From assembly GCF_009914755.1 (NCBI RefSeq), contig NC_060943.1: 64,000 nt of DNA, one strand, 5' to 3'. The DNA is from the human T2T-CHM13v2.0 reference genome, Homo sapiens. Positions 41,597 through 60,190 of this stretch are shown in pieces (position 1 is the stretch's first letter; each line of letters starts with the position of its first letter). The translations under genes and the position numbers were made by a program. A model generated the notes under the pieces. That model saw only the letters and a program-made list of their open reading frames with translations, made no database searches and was not told the origin of the DNA.

Positions 41597-41841
41597 GTAA
41601 GTGGTGGTCGGGGCGGACCACGATGCAGGACCACCCAGACCCACCACCCCACCAGCTCGCCCCGAAGCCGGCCGCGGGGTGCAGGAGGTTCCCGGAGGTC
41701 CCCCGCCCACCCCCGGACGTGCACACCGTGGCTCCCTGGTTGTGCCTGTCGGCCATCCTCTGCCGTCAGCGGCCTCTGCAGAGGCCCAGGGCGCGAGACG
41801 GCTGCCCCGGCGGACACTGACCAGGCCGGTTCCGTCCCCAG

Positions 41842-42271
41842 CGGCCCCGAGGTGGAGCAGCAGCAGCAGCAGCAGGACCAGCCAACGGCTCCGGAGGGCT
41901 GGAAACGGGCGCGCCGGGCCGTGGACAAGGAGCGCCGCGTGCGCTTCCTGCTGGAGCCCGCCGTGGTTGTGGCACCCGAAGCGGACGCGGAGGCGGAGGC
42001 TGCGCCGCGAGAGGGCCCCGTCTGGCTGTGCTCCTACGGCCGCCCGCCCGCCGCAAGGCCCACGGGGGCCCCCCAGCCCGGGGAGCTGCAGGAGCTGGAG
42101 CGCCGCATCGAAGTCGCGCGTGAGCGGCTCCGCCAGGCCCTGGTGCGGCGCGGCCAGCTCCTGGCACAGCTCGGGGACAGCGCACGTCACCGGCCTCGGC
42201 GCTTGCTTCAGGCCAGAGCGGCCCCCGCGGAGGCCCCACCACACTCTGGCCGACCGGGGAGCCAGGAATGA
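41842..42271 (+). CDS. GRIN3B: GRIN3B exon 9 (CTD)
   Basis: ccag|(S)GPEVEQQQQQQDQ...ELQELERRIE...PGSQE*, 430 nt. Confidence 0.95.
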
Positions 42272-42337
42272 GGCGGCAGCCGGGCCGTTTGGGCTCAAGA
42301 CACACACACAGCGCAGTGAGCCGCTGTCAACAGACAG

Positions 42338-42379
42338 TTTATTCTATATACAAACACAATTTTGTACACTGCAATTAAA
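42338..42379. terminator. Opposed poly(A) signals: TMEM259 AATAAA (-, 42338-42343) and GRIN3B ATTAAA (+, 42374-42379)
   Basis: TTTATT and ATTAAA in the only AT-rich patch between the two stop codons. Confidence 0.85.
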
Positions 42380-43018
42380 TAGAATGGAATGAGCGCTCCT
42401 CCGCATTCCTCCCCGAGTGACTGGTTTGGCCGCCGGCCCACTCCATCCCCGAGTGGGACTGGACCACGGCCCTGGCTGCTGCCACTGATGTTGGCGCCTG
42501 CACCCCACGTCCCTATGCCCGAGGCGCAAGCTCTGCTCTCCCGGGGACCCCAAGCCTGGCGCACACGCGGGGAGGGCGGGGCCATGGAGAAGGCACTGCA
42601 GGGAGCACCAGGCAGAGCCGGGCTGAGGCCGGCCGGCACTAGGGCGCGAGGCCCCACCCCAAGCCGGCCTCTCCTCCACACCTCCGCCTTGCTCAGAGAC
42701 CTGCACCATGGGACCCCACTCCATCCTCAGGACGGTTCACTGCAGACCTACCAAGACCCCTCCAGAACCTTCCGCGGAACCCCACCCCCTCTCCTTGCTG
42801 ACCAGCTCAAACACCTCACTAGCGGGTACAAGCCTCGGGCGCGACCTCACACCAGGGGGAGGAAAGCCGCCTTCCGGGCAAACCCCACGAAACCCTGAAA
42901 GCCCCCGACACAGGCTGGGCAGTCCCAGAGGAAGGAGGTGGCTGGCCTCCCCCACCCCCACGGGCTCGGGAAGGTCAGGCCCAGCCAGCAGGGGTCAGAG
43001 GCGGCTCAGCTGTGCGGC

Positions 43019-45267
<2,249 letters not shown>

Positions 45268-45685
45268 TCAGCGCCCCCACACACGTCCCCCGCCCACTGC
45301 CAGCAGGCAAGGCAGGCGTTGAGGGGTGGAGGGTGAGACCTGCTGAGCCCTGGGCCCCAGGTGGGTGCTGGGAGGACCCCTACATGGACACTTGGGATGG
45401 TGCCCACTCAAGCTGGTGTCCTGCCCTGTGCACTGCAGAGGCTGGCCAGGCTCCTCCTCCCGTGGCCCCCTCTCCCTGGCTGGGGCTGGCTGGGTGCAGG
45501 GCTGCCCCACTGCCCTGGCGGCCCCCAGCACACCCCCAACACTTCAGAGGCCCCGGCCCTCTGGATAGACCCTCTGCTGCCAGATGGGCAGGGGTGGGGG
45601 CGGGGGCGGGGGCTTCCCTGAGCACAGCCCGCTAGAACTCTGAGCTCAGAGCCGAAGGGATCCATCCCCTCCAAGTCGCCGTTCA

Positions 45686-46108
<423 letters not shown>

Positions 46109-46761
46109 TCAGCCTCTGCCCCACCACTGACCAGGCCAGGGTGGACTACGTGTGCCTCCCGCCTCAGCTGGGACCCCACCTCAACACCAAGCCTGCCCTG
46201 CTGTGAGGCCATCTCCAGCACAGCTCTGAATCCTGAAGCTGAGGCAAGGGCCAGCTACAGGCAGTAGACCCCATGGAAGGGTCCATGATGCTCTGCCCAA
46301 ACACTCAAACTCTTGGGGTTGGCTCTGTGGGAACAGGTGGGACCCCAAACCCTGACTGCTGAAGCAAAAACATCTCCCACCAGGCTGTGGGGCCCAACAC
46401 AGCCACCTGGTCCCACCAGTGCCCAAGGCCACCACAAGCTGACCGGGAACCCAGCACCTCTGCAGGCAGTGGGGCCACCTCAGGACGGCCAGGATGGGCC
46501 CAGAGCTCTTAGCTTTCAGCCCCCAGGCCTCCTCAGCTATTGCTGCCCACTGCATCCCCAGCCCCAGCCAATCCCCTCCCCGGAACAGCTACTCTCAAAG
46601 GCCCGAGTCTGCCCAGCCCAAGTCCTCCCCGAGATCCCCCTGCCCTGCCCAGGCCTCTAGCAGGGCGACAGGCCGAGGGTCTTGCTTCAGAGCCCCCAGG
46701 CCACCAAAAGGCCACGGCAGGCAGGGGCGGCCTTGTCTGCATGCCAGGTCCCTGAAAGTCA

Positions 46762-47142
<381 letters not shown>

Positions 47143-47917
47143 CTAGGGGGCGGCCGGCAGTCAGTGGGGCGCCCCAGGGCCAGCTGCAGCCGACACCCAA
47201 GGGCCTACGTGATGGGGCGTGATGGGGCGCGCTGGGACGCCCAGGACGGGGAAAGGAAGGAAACCCCAGAAGCCGAATTGGGCTCTGAGGACCCTGGGTC
47301 CCTCCCACGCTGACTGCACCGGGCCAGCCCCTCACATAGTCCAAGTGACTGAGGATCCGGGGGACGCCCCACTCCAACCCCGGAGGGGCTCTGCCACCTG
47401 CAGCCCGGCTCTGACAGGCCCTGGGGCTTCGGCAAGGCCTGTGACTGCCCCGCACCTCCTCAGGGGTGAGCCGGACGAAGCCAGCAGGCCGGGGCCCTCT
47501 CAGATGCACACAGGACCCCCCAAACCTGGGAGGAGACGAGGCTGGACTCAGACCCACCAAGTGGAGCACACCAGGGCCCTCTGCCAGCCAACGGCTCCCG
47601 CCCTGCAAGCAGCAGCATGGGTGTTGCCGCCACCCCAGGGCCACCAGCTGGACCCACTGTCTACGAAAGAGGGCACAGCCCTCCACAGCCCAACCTGCTG
47701 CTTCCTGCCTCACCTTCCGCTGCGTCCCCAGCACTCCCCTGATCTCACCACCTGAAAATAGCTTCTCTCACCTGGCGGGGCGCCCTGTGCAACCCTCCCA
47801 GGCCTGGCGGGGCCAGCCGCAGCTGCTGGGGACACAGTGGACCTCCGTGGCTGGGCAGAGCGCCCCACGGCAGGGCGAGGCTGCCGTGCCCGAGGCACAA
47901 CCTATGAACTGGGGTGC

Positions 47918-48085
47918 CAGCAGCTCTCACCTGGGGGCTCCTGCCCAGGGGATGCTTGGGACATCTGTGGTTGTCACAATTGGGGGAGCTCCTGGCATGG
48001 AGTGGGTGAGGCCAGGGATGCTGCTCGGCACCCCGCAGTGCCCAGGACGGCCCCACCCCGACGTCCACAGGGCTTGGGGAGCCCA
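47918..48085 (+). mobile_element. MER20-like, copy 4, TMEM259 intron 1
   Basis: GGGACATCTGTGGTTGTCACAATTGGGGGAGCTCCTGGCATGGAGTGGGTG... Confidence 0.7.
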
Positions 48086-50969
48086 CGCCCCAGCGTGCTG
48101 CAGGCACAACTCAGAGTGGGGCCCCTCTAGGGGCAGTTCAGGGCAGCCCCTCTTCCAGGGAGCCCGCCTCACCGTCTGGCGGTTTGGCTGCCCACTGTAC
48201 CTCCCAACCTGAGGTCCAGGCATCACCCCCGAGCCTGGTGAGGGTCACGTCTACCTGCTGCCCCGATCCGCAAAACTGAGGACCCAGCTGGGCCAAGGGG
48301 GCGCCCACGGCCACATGGAACCCCAGACTCTCAGGGAAGAATTGATCAGACTCAAAATCACAAGCCAGAGAGCCTGGAGCACAGGGCCCCTCCGTGACCC
48401 GTGACCTGCTGGCAGGTGCACCAATGCCCGGGGTGCAGTGAGCCACCTGTGGCCGCACAGCCATAGGCAAGACCACCAGGAGCCTCAACTCTTCCACGCC
48501 CACAGTGAGCTGGGGCCTCCTCTCCAGAACCCTCTGTAGACTGAGCAAAGGGCCGAGTCAGCAAAGCAACCCACTTCCAGCCCGGCCGCAGTGCTGTGAC
48601 CTGTGGGAGGCCCTGAGTCTGAGCACGGATAAAGCCCTGGGTCTAGCCGCACGTGCACCTGGGGCGAGCCCCATCACACTCCCCAGCCCCAGGAGCTGGA
48701 GAATCCCTTGGGCTGATCTGAACTGCATTTCTAGTCCTTACAGCCAAAAGAGCCGCAGGGGATGAAGGCTGGCCCGGCGCTGAGATTTAAGCAGAAACAG
48801 GCAAGAGCAGAACCCTGACCGCCAGGCATTCAGGCCCCGCCCACAGACGCCGGAGCTACAAATGAGGGGTGGGCGGGGGGAGGGGGCAGGGCCCTCTGCT
48901 GGGGAGGGTTCCCCTGTGTCCTGGGGAAGACAGGGAGGGCAGTGTGGAAGGGGGGCAGCCCCGGAGCCTGAGATGCTTTCAAAGCCTAGCGTTTCCCCAT
49001 ATGGCATCTGGGGACAGGAGCCACGGAGGCTGGGCCCAGTGGTGGGTCACGGTCAGAGACACTGACCCCACAGCCCCTCGGCTCAGCACTCTCAGGAGAG
49101 AGGGGCCCGCGAGGCCCATGGTGGATGCTGCTGGTGGCCACGCTCTGCCTTCCAGGCCCACACATCCAGCAGGAGCTGTGCCCAGGACAGCAATGGACCC
49201 TGTGCCAAGATGTTCCAAAAAGTGCTGATACACAGTGGGCCGAGGTCGGGGCTGTCCAACGCTTCACAAGGGACGCACGGCTGTTACCATCCCTGGTTTA
49301 TATACGAGGAACTGACACAGAGGTCCCGACAGACCTGGACCTGCTGAGGTCACATGGCCAGGAGGGAGGGGCCAGGGCAGTGCCAGTCTGCACAATTAAG
49401 GCCCCACGGGGAAGAGCAGCTCCTGGGGTTGCCCTGGGCAGGGTCAGCTTGGTCCAGGGTCAGCGGGAGAGGGCACAGGACACACATCCTGCCACACCCA
49501 GCACTGGTGTGAGTGACCCGTCCCATGAAGACAGCGGACGTGATGAGAGGGCACCAGTGTTTTCACACAATGTGCACACACTCCAGTCAAAGACTTCAAG
49601 TCCACCAGACGCTATGACTCAGACGTCACTGTGTCTCTGCCCCATCAGGTGCTCCGTGCTGACCGAGCTCAGGGCCCCTCTTCCCTGACTGAGCATGACC
49701 AGAAAAATGCCCCACTGGACAAGGCCCGTTGCCGCCAAAGCCTCAGCTCCCCTTCAGTCTCCCACCACAAAACAAGGAGCAGGCACCACCCAGCCAGACG
49801 CAGGCTCATCCCGAGTCCCGGGTCCTCCTCCCCAAGACCTGTCTGTCATCAGCCACCCTGCAGCAGCCACCTCACCAGGCCCGGCCCTGAGCCACACGCC
49901 CAGGCAGCCTCGTCCACGCCCACAGTAACCCTCCCCAGGGAGCTCACCTGCAAATGCTCCCATGGGCCCCTGGCCACCCTCTGCCCGCAACCTGGCTCAG
50001 CCACTCGCATGCCCTGGGTGGTCCAGTCCCCTACACTCCATGACCCTGTCCCTGACCCAGGCTCCCCAGCAGGCACCCACATGCTCCAGCCCCACGGCCT
50101 TCCCACACGCTCTCCAGCTGCCTGGACACCCCACCCCATCCCACTGGCTGTGGCTCACCTCCAGGAGGCCCTGCCCACCCAGCACAGGAGTCACCCCACC
50201 CCTATGACCCTTCCTTCCTCCGGGTCAGCCCACACACGGCTGCACCCACAGGAGCACCTCCCCCAGCCTGGGGCCGTGCTCACCGCCTCCTCCAGGAAGC
50301 TTCCTGGATGTTCTGGCCGAGGCTCTCAGGGCACCCCAACACTCGGCCACTGGGTGGGCCTTTCCTTTCCTGTCTCCCCACAGACCTGGAGTGCCAGGAG
50401 CAGCCTGCCCGCTCTCTGGGTATTTGACTGACCCACAGACCGACGGACACACAAGCCCGCGGAGCCACACTCTCCTCCCAGGTGGGACACAGAGCCCTCA
50501 GCCCCAGCCAGGAAACACTACCTGGGGCTCCCCTTTGTCCACCCGGGGTGCTTCCTGCCTCCAGGCCACCGGGGCCTCTCCTTCCACTGCAGCCTCACAG
50601 TGGCCTCAATGTGACAGGTCCCCCATTCAGAGCAGGGCCCCTGGGGTCTCACATACCCCGTCTTTAATCGTCACGACCCCACAAGAGGAGCCCCATTACT
50701 CCCTGTGGCTAGGCGCGGGCCCCTGCCCATGTCCAGGGGTGCTGAGTCGAGACCCCTTCACCCTGTGGGCATCCACTTGGTGGTCACCTGGGTCCAGAGC
50801 CCAACCGCACAGGTGCAGGCACCCAGTGCCCCAAGATGGACAGTCTCTGCCACACTGGGCTCAGGGCCATGAAGGCCAGCAGAGGTGGATACTGAGGCTG
50901 GATGGAGGTCTCCCGAGGGCCCCTGGAACACAGGCCCCTGCCGCCTCCTCTCTCCCCAGCACCTGGCAC

Positions 50970-51117
50970 TGCCTGGCATTTCCTAAAGCCACCCAGGCAT
51001 GGATGAGGGACCGGGGGGCTCCATGCTGGCTCAGAGCTGGGAGATCCTGGCATTTCCTAAAGCCACCCAGGCATGGGTGAGAGCTGGGGGACTCCATGCC
51101 AGCTCAGGGCTGGGAGC
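50970..51117. repeat. Two-copy ~74-bp tandem duplication
   Basis: CTGGCATTTCCTAAAGCCACCCAGGCATGG occurs twice, each followed by GGGGG(A)CTCCATGC..GCTCAG.GCTGGGAG. Confidence 0.85.
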
Positions 51118-51371
51118 TCAGCTGCACAGATGCCACAGGATGAAGCCACCTTGAAGGGATCATACCAGGGAGGACCTGGCTCTCTGCAGGGAGACCCCCG
51201 GAAGCCAGGCAGGCAGGAAGCAGAGGAGCCTTCTGGAACTCAAGGCAGCCTCTGAAATCAGGCAGTTCCAGCCTGCACTTTGCAGATAAGTAAAAGTGAA
51301 GGCAGCAGGGTCAGATTCTGTGCCACCAGATTACCGGGTGGAAAATTCACAAAGAACAGATTTCCCCACCC

Positions 51372-51692
<321 letters not shown>

Positions 51693-53413
51693 TCACAGTC
51701 CAAAGCCCTCTGCTGAGAGAGGAGGGATTGGGGTTACTGAGAACCTCCCAAGAGTCTCCACCCTACACAGAAGACGGGGAACTCCAGCTCTGGCCCAGCC
51801 CCATCTGACCACCTGTGAGTGGTATTGGCCTGGAGATGGAGCCGGGTAGGCTTGATCCCTTTCCAAACCGGGACATGGTGGGACCAGGGCCCAGGCGACA
51901 GGGATGCACCTCCCAAGGAGGCTGAGCTCCGTCGGGGGAACCTGGCCTGGCACCCAGCACACACCCTCCACAAGCCTAAGGACACAGTGGCTCCATCCTG
52001 TTCCCAGGCTACTCCATGGAAGGAAAACCCACGTCCACAGACCAGCCTCCGTCCACAGTTTCAGGCCCCGTCTGTGGACCCCAGAGCCGGGAAAGGCCGC
52101 CTGCCTGCGTAACCCTTCACAGCCCTGCTCAGGTGCCTACTGAGGCGACCATGCCACTCTGGGGGGCTGCAGGGAGGAAGGTGGGAAGGATGATGGGCTG
52201 AGCTCTGGCCTGGGGAGGCACGGATCTGGAGGCTGGGGGGCCTTCCGTGAAGTGGCAGCAGGCTGGGACCCACACCCAGGTCCGCAGGACGGCCAAGGTC
52301 CAGCTCCACTTGCCGAGCCCAAAAAAGCAGCCAGCTCCTGACCAACCTGTGTCAGGCTGGGAACTTGCCCACGATCGCAGCCTGGCCCGCCAGCATCGGA
52401 CCCCTCTTTGCAGGCTAGATCCAAAAAGCTCACGGCGCAACTTCAGCAGCCCCCAAGCCCCGGCGCGGCGGTGTTCTGATGCAGAACGAAAACGGCCACG
52501 TCCCCATTTCGCCAGGTGGCCCAGGACCCCGGCCAGCTTGTTTTCTGAGGGGCTGCAGCTGCTACTGAGCCCCTCTTGTCACCCAAGCAAGACTCCTTCT
52601 CAGAGGGAGTCAGGCCGATGCCTGTCCTGCACGGCTGAGACCTCTGCCATCTGAGGAGGGCGGGAGGGGGACAGAGCCCAAGACGCGGAGGCCGGTGCCT
52701 CATAGGGGAGGCACGGGCGACAGACCCACAACCTGAGCTCCTGAAGCAGGAAGGGAGTGGGGACCCAGCGGAGGAAGAGGCCGGGGATGGGGTGGTACGC
52801 TGCTGCCGGTGACTTTGCCGCTAACCCTAGCGAGGTGACCTCAGCTAAGTCACATTCCCCTGAGGCTCAGGAGCGGGGAACGCAGCTGAAAGGCTACAAG
52901 GAGGGAGAGAGGGGAGTGGGGAGTCGACTTCCAGGACAGGGGTTGGTCCGAGGGAGACCTGCGTCAGGCTGGGTTCTGGGCCAGCACATTGGGAGGGGAG
53001 AGAGGCCTCGGAACTGAGGGTCTCAGGCGGCACAGTCAGGGGTCAAAGGGCGGGAGGTGCTACCTCGCAGGCCAGGACCGGACTCCAAGCCTGGGTAGGT
53101 GGGGACCTGGGAAAGGCGGTCGCCGGGGACAGGATGGGCCCTGGAGGGAGCTGACAGTGAGGTTTCCAGAGTAGAGAACAGCGGCTTCTAGTGCAGCGGG
53201 ATCCGGCCTTCCCGGGTGGACGTCCCCGGGCGGGATGGGGTCACGAGACGGTGTCCCTGGCCAATCCCAGGGTCAGAGGTCGCGAGGGAGAGCCCTAATC
53301 GGTAGGGCCGGGTATAGGCCTCAGGGTGCAGGGTGGCGCTCGCTGTCCCCAGCGGGGCCAGGGGTCGCGGTCGGAGGTAGCAGACTTGGGGGTCGGGACA
53401 GCCGCTGGGGTCA

Positions 53414-53683
<270 letters not shown>

Positions 53684-53949
53684 CTAACGACCCGCAAGTG
53701 TCCGAGGGCGCCTCCCGGCCGCCATCGGCCGCCCTCGCAGCCGCCGCTCTCCTCACGGCCTCCCGGCCGCCGCCGCCATCTTCCGCTTTCTCGTCCGGCT
53801 GCGGCGCTGCTGACGCTAGCGAGTCGCCACGCCGGGCAAGAGCGGCCCCCCTGCGCCCGCAGAGAACGCTGGGATGCCAGCGGCGCCCGCGGAGGCCTCA
53901 CCCCCTACCTCGGCCGCTCCAGGGGGCGGGCCTGCATCTGGGCCACCTC

Positions 53950-53980
53950 TTTTGCATATTGGCACCCACAATCCACCGCG
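53950..53980 (+). promoter_or_regulatory. U6 distal sequence element (octamer-like plus SPH/ZNF143)
   Basis: TTTTGCAT then GCACCCACAATCCACCGCG at -241 to -211 of U6. Confidence 0.7.
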
Positions 53981-54124
53981 GCTATGAGGCCAGTATAAGG
54001 CGGTAAAATTACGATAAGATATGGGATTTTACGTGATCGAAGACATCAAAGTAAGCGTAAGCACGAAAGTTGTTCTGCAACATACCACTGTAGGAAATTA
54101 TGCTAAATATGAAACCGACCATAA

Positions 54125-54167
54125 GTTATCCTAACCAAAAGATGATTTGATTGAAGGGCTTAAAATA
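54125..54167 (+). promoter_or_regulatory. U6 PSE (54125-54144) and TATA box (54160-54167)
   Basis: GTTATCCTAACCAAAAGATG at -66 to -47 and TTAAAATA at -31 to -24; canonical type-3 Pol III spacing. Confidence 0.8.
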
Positions 54168-54190
54168 GGTGTGACAGTAACCCTTGAGTC

Positions 54191-54196
54191 GTGCTC

Positions 54197-54247
<51 letters not shown>

Positions 54248-54297
54248 GGCCCCTGCGCAAGGATGACACGCAAATTCGTGAAGCGTTCCATATTTTT
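54191..54297 (+). ncRNA. RNU6-2: U6 spliceosomal snRNA, intact gene
   Basis: GTGCTCGCTTCGGCAGCAC...ACAGAGAAGATTAGC...GCGTTCCATATTTTT matches canonical U6; T5 terminator, no poly(A)/TSD, upstream DSE/PSE/TATA; paralogue symbol assigned from locus. Confidence 0.97.
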
Positions 54298-54493
54298 GCT
54301 GTAGTCTACAGCTCGTCACCTCGTTTGGCTTCTCTTGCCCGGATCCTGCCATGACGTCACAGGGCCAGTAACGTCATAGTCTTCCCGTGTCCATCTCCTG
54401 TGGCGCCACTAAGGTTGGCGGTAGAACAATCTGGCAGTCTCTACTCCTGCGTGGCGCTGTGCCACCTGCCCCCGTAGCTTCGCGCAGCAATGA

Positions 54494-58735
<4,242 letters not shown>

Positions 58736-58999
58736 TAAGAATCCTATTCTCTTTTGGACTGACAAACTCCTACTCATCCAACAAAGCCCCAGCTCCAATG
58801 GCCCCTTCTCTGAGGAACCTGCCCTGGTTCCCTGGTCCACCTCCCAGCTAGTAGAGTTCCCTGGGAAGGGGTTAGACGCCTCTAAGTGGCAGAGAGGGGC
58901 CCTCATTCCTGCCCCAAAGGTAGCCTTCTCCCCTCCCCTTTCTGGCAGAAGAGAAGTCTGAGATGGAGAAAGAGTGAGAGCCGCCCACGAGCTCTGAGC

Positions 59000-59330
59000 A
59001 GAGAGCCCGCAGGAGTGCCACGTCCCGGCGGCCTCGGCCCCTCCCTGCCTCAGTTTCCCGTGGCATCAAAGGGGGCGAGGGGCCCCTCCAGGCCTCTGGT
59101 GACGGGGGTGCTGTGCCCAGGCGGGGGTCCGGGGGCGACCGAGGGGGCTCAGGAAGTCCGCGGCCGCAGGAATTCGGCGCCTCCAGGCCTTATAAGGACA
59201 TTTGCGCTCCGGGCCAATCAGCGGCGGGGGCGTGGCGCGCGGAGCCCGGCGCGTCCCAACCCCGCGCCAGCCCGGCGGTCCCGTCCCGTCCCGTCCTGTG
59301 CGGCCCCGTCCCGCCGCCCGCCCGCCAGCC
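59000..59330 (+). promoter_or_regulatory. CNN2 promoter: CpG island with perfect CArG box, ETS site and CCAAT box
   Basis: CCTTATAAGG 59188-59197; AGGAAGT 59151-59157; CCAAT 59214-59218; GC boxes. Confidence 0.85.
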
Positions 59331-59393
59331 ATGAGCTCCACGCAGTTCAACAAGGGCCCCTCGTACGGGCTGTCGGCCGAGGTCAAGAACCGG
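59331..59393 (+). CDS. CNN2: CNN2 (calponin-2) exon 1
   Basis: GCCAGCCATG Kozak; MSSTQFNKGPSYGLSAEVKNR|gtgagt. Confidence 0.97.
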
Positions 59394-60056
59394 GTGAGTG
59401 AGGGGCGCCCCTTGTCCCCCCGACAGCGCGGCCGTCGCACGCTCCGACCGGTGCAGGAGCCCCCAGGCGCCCCCGGCACCTCCCGGGCAGGGAGCTTGGA
59501 GACCCGGGGCGGACGGGCCCTTGTTCTCCCTGACGCCTGGTGGGGGGATGTCTGCGGGCACCCCCTGAGGCTCCCGCGAATCTTGGGGAGCACCCAGGTC
59601 TGAGATCTGGGGGACGAGTGACCCATTCCCCCCCCCAACATCTAGGGGTAGTTGGGTCTGACTTCGTCCCCTCGCCATGGCCCCAGGACCCCCACGTGTG
59701 AAGCCCCTGGCGCCCACTCAACCTTCGAGAAGGTCCGTTCAAGGTCCGACAACGCTCTGGGGGTCTGGGGGGGACCCCAGCAACCCCGTCATCTCCTGGC
59801 CACACTTCTGCTTTTGGGGCCTCTTAGCTTTGGGAGGGGAAGGGGCATGGCCGAGTGGTTTTTGAGAAGTGTTACCCCCCCACAAACAGGAATTTCCTGG
59901 CCTCTGGGACACCTTGGGGGTGTCTTGGGGGGAGGGGCGGTAGCCGCTTTGCACGGTCTTTGTCTCCCATCTGACTAATTTAAACGGATAACAAAGAGGT
60001 TCTCTGAAGGTGGCCCTGAGATATGTGGGGTTTTGCAGCCTCGAAAGAAGAGCTGG

Positions 60057-60190
60057 GGCCCGGCAGGGCGCGGGGGCTCACGCCCGTAATCCCAGCACTT
60101 TGGGGGGCGGAGCTGGGTGGATGGCTTGAGCCCAGCGAGTTCGAGACCAGTCTGGGCAACATGGCGAAACCCCATCTCTATAATTAAAAA
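60057..60190 (+). mobile_element. Alu monomer (FLAM-like)
   Basis: Left-arm consensus only. Confidence 0.85.

Noticed and set aside
41858-41875. (CAG)6 poly-Q in GRIN3B exon 9
   Set aside because: Too short to suggest an expansion-prone locus
54191-54297. U6 processed pseudogene
   Set aside because: Full canonical sequence, T5 terminator, correctly spaced DSE/PSE/TATA, no A-tail, TSD or L1 fusion
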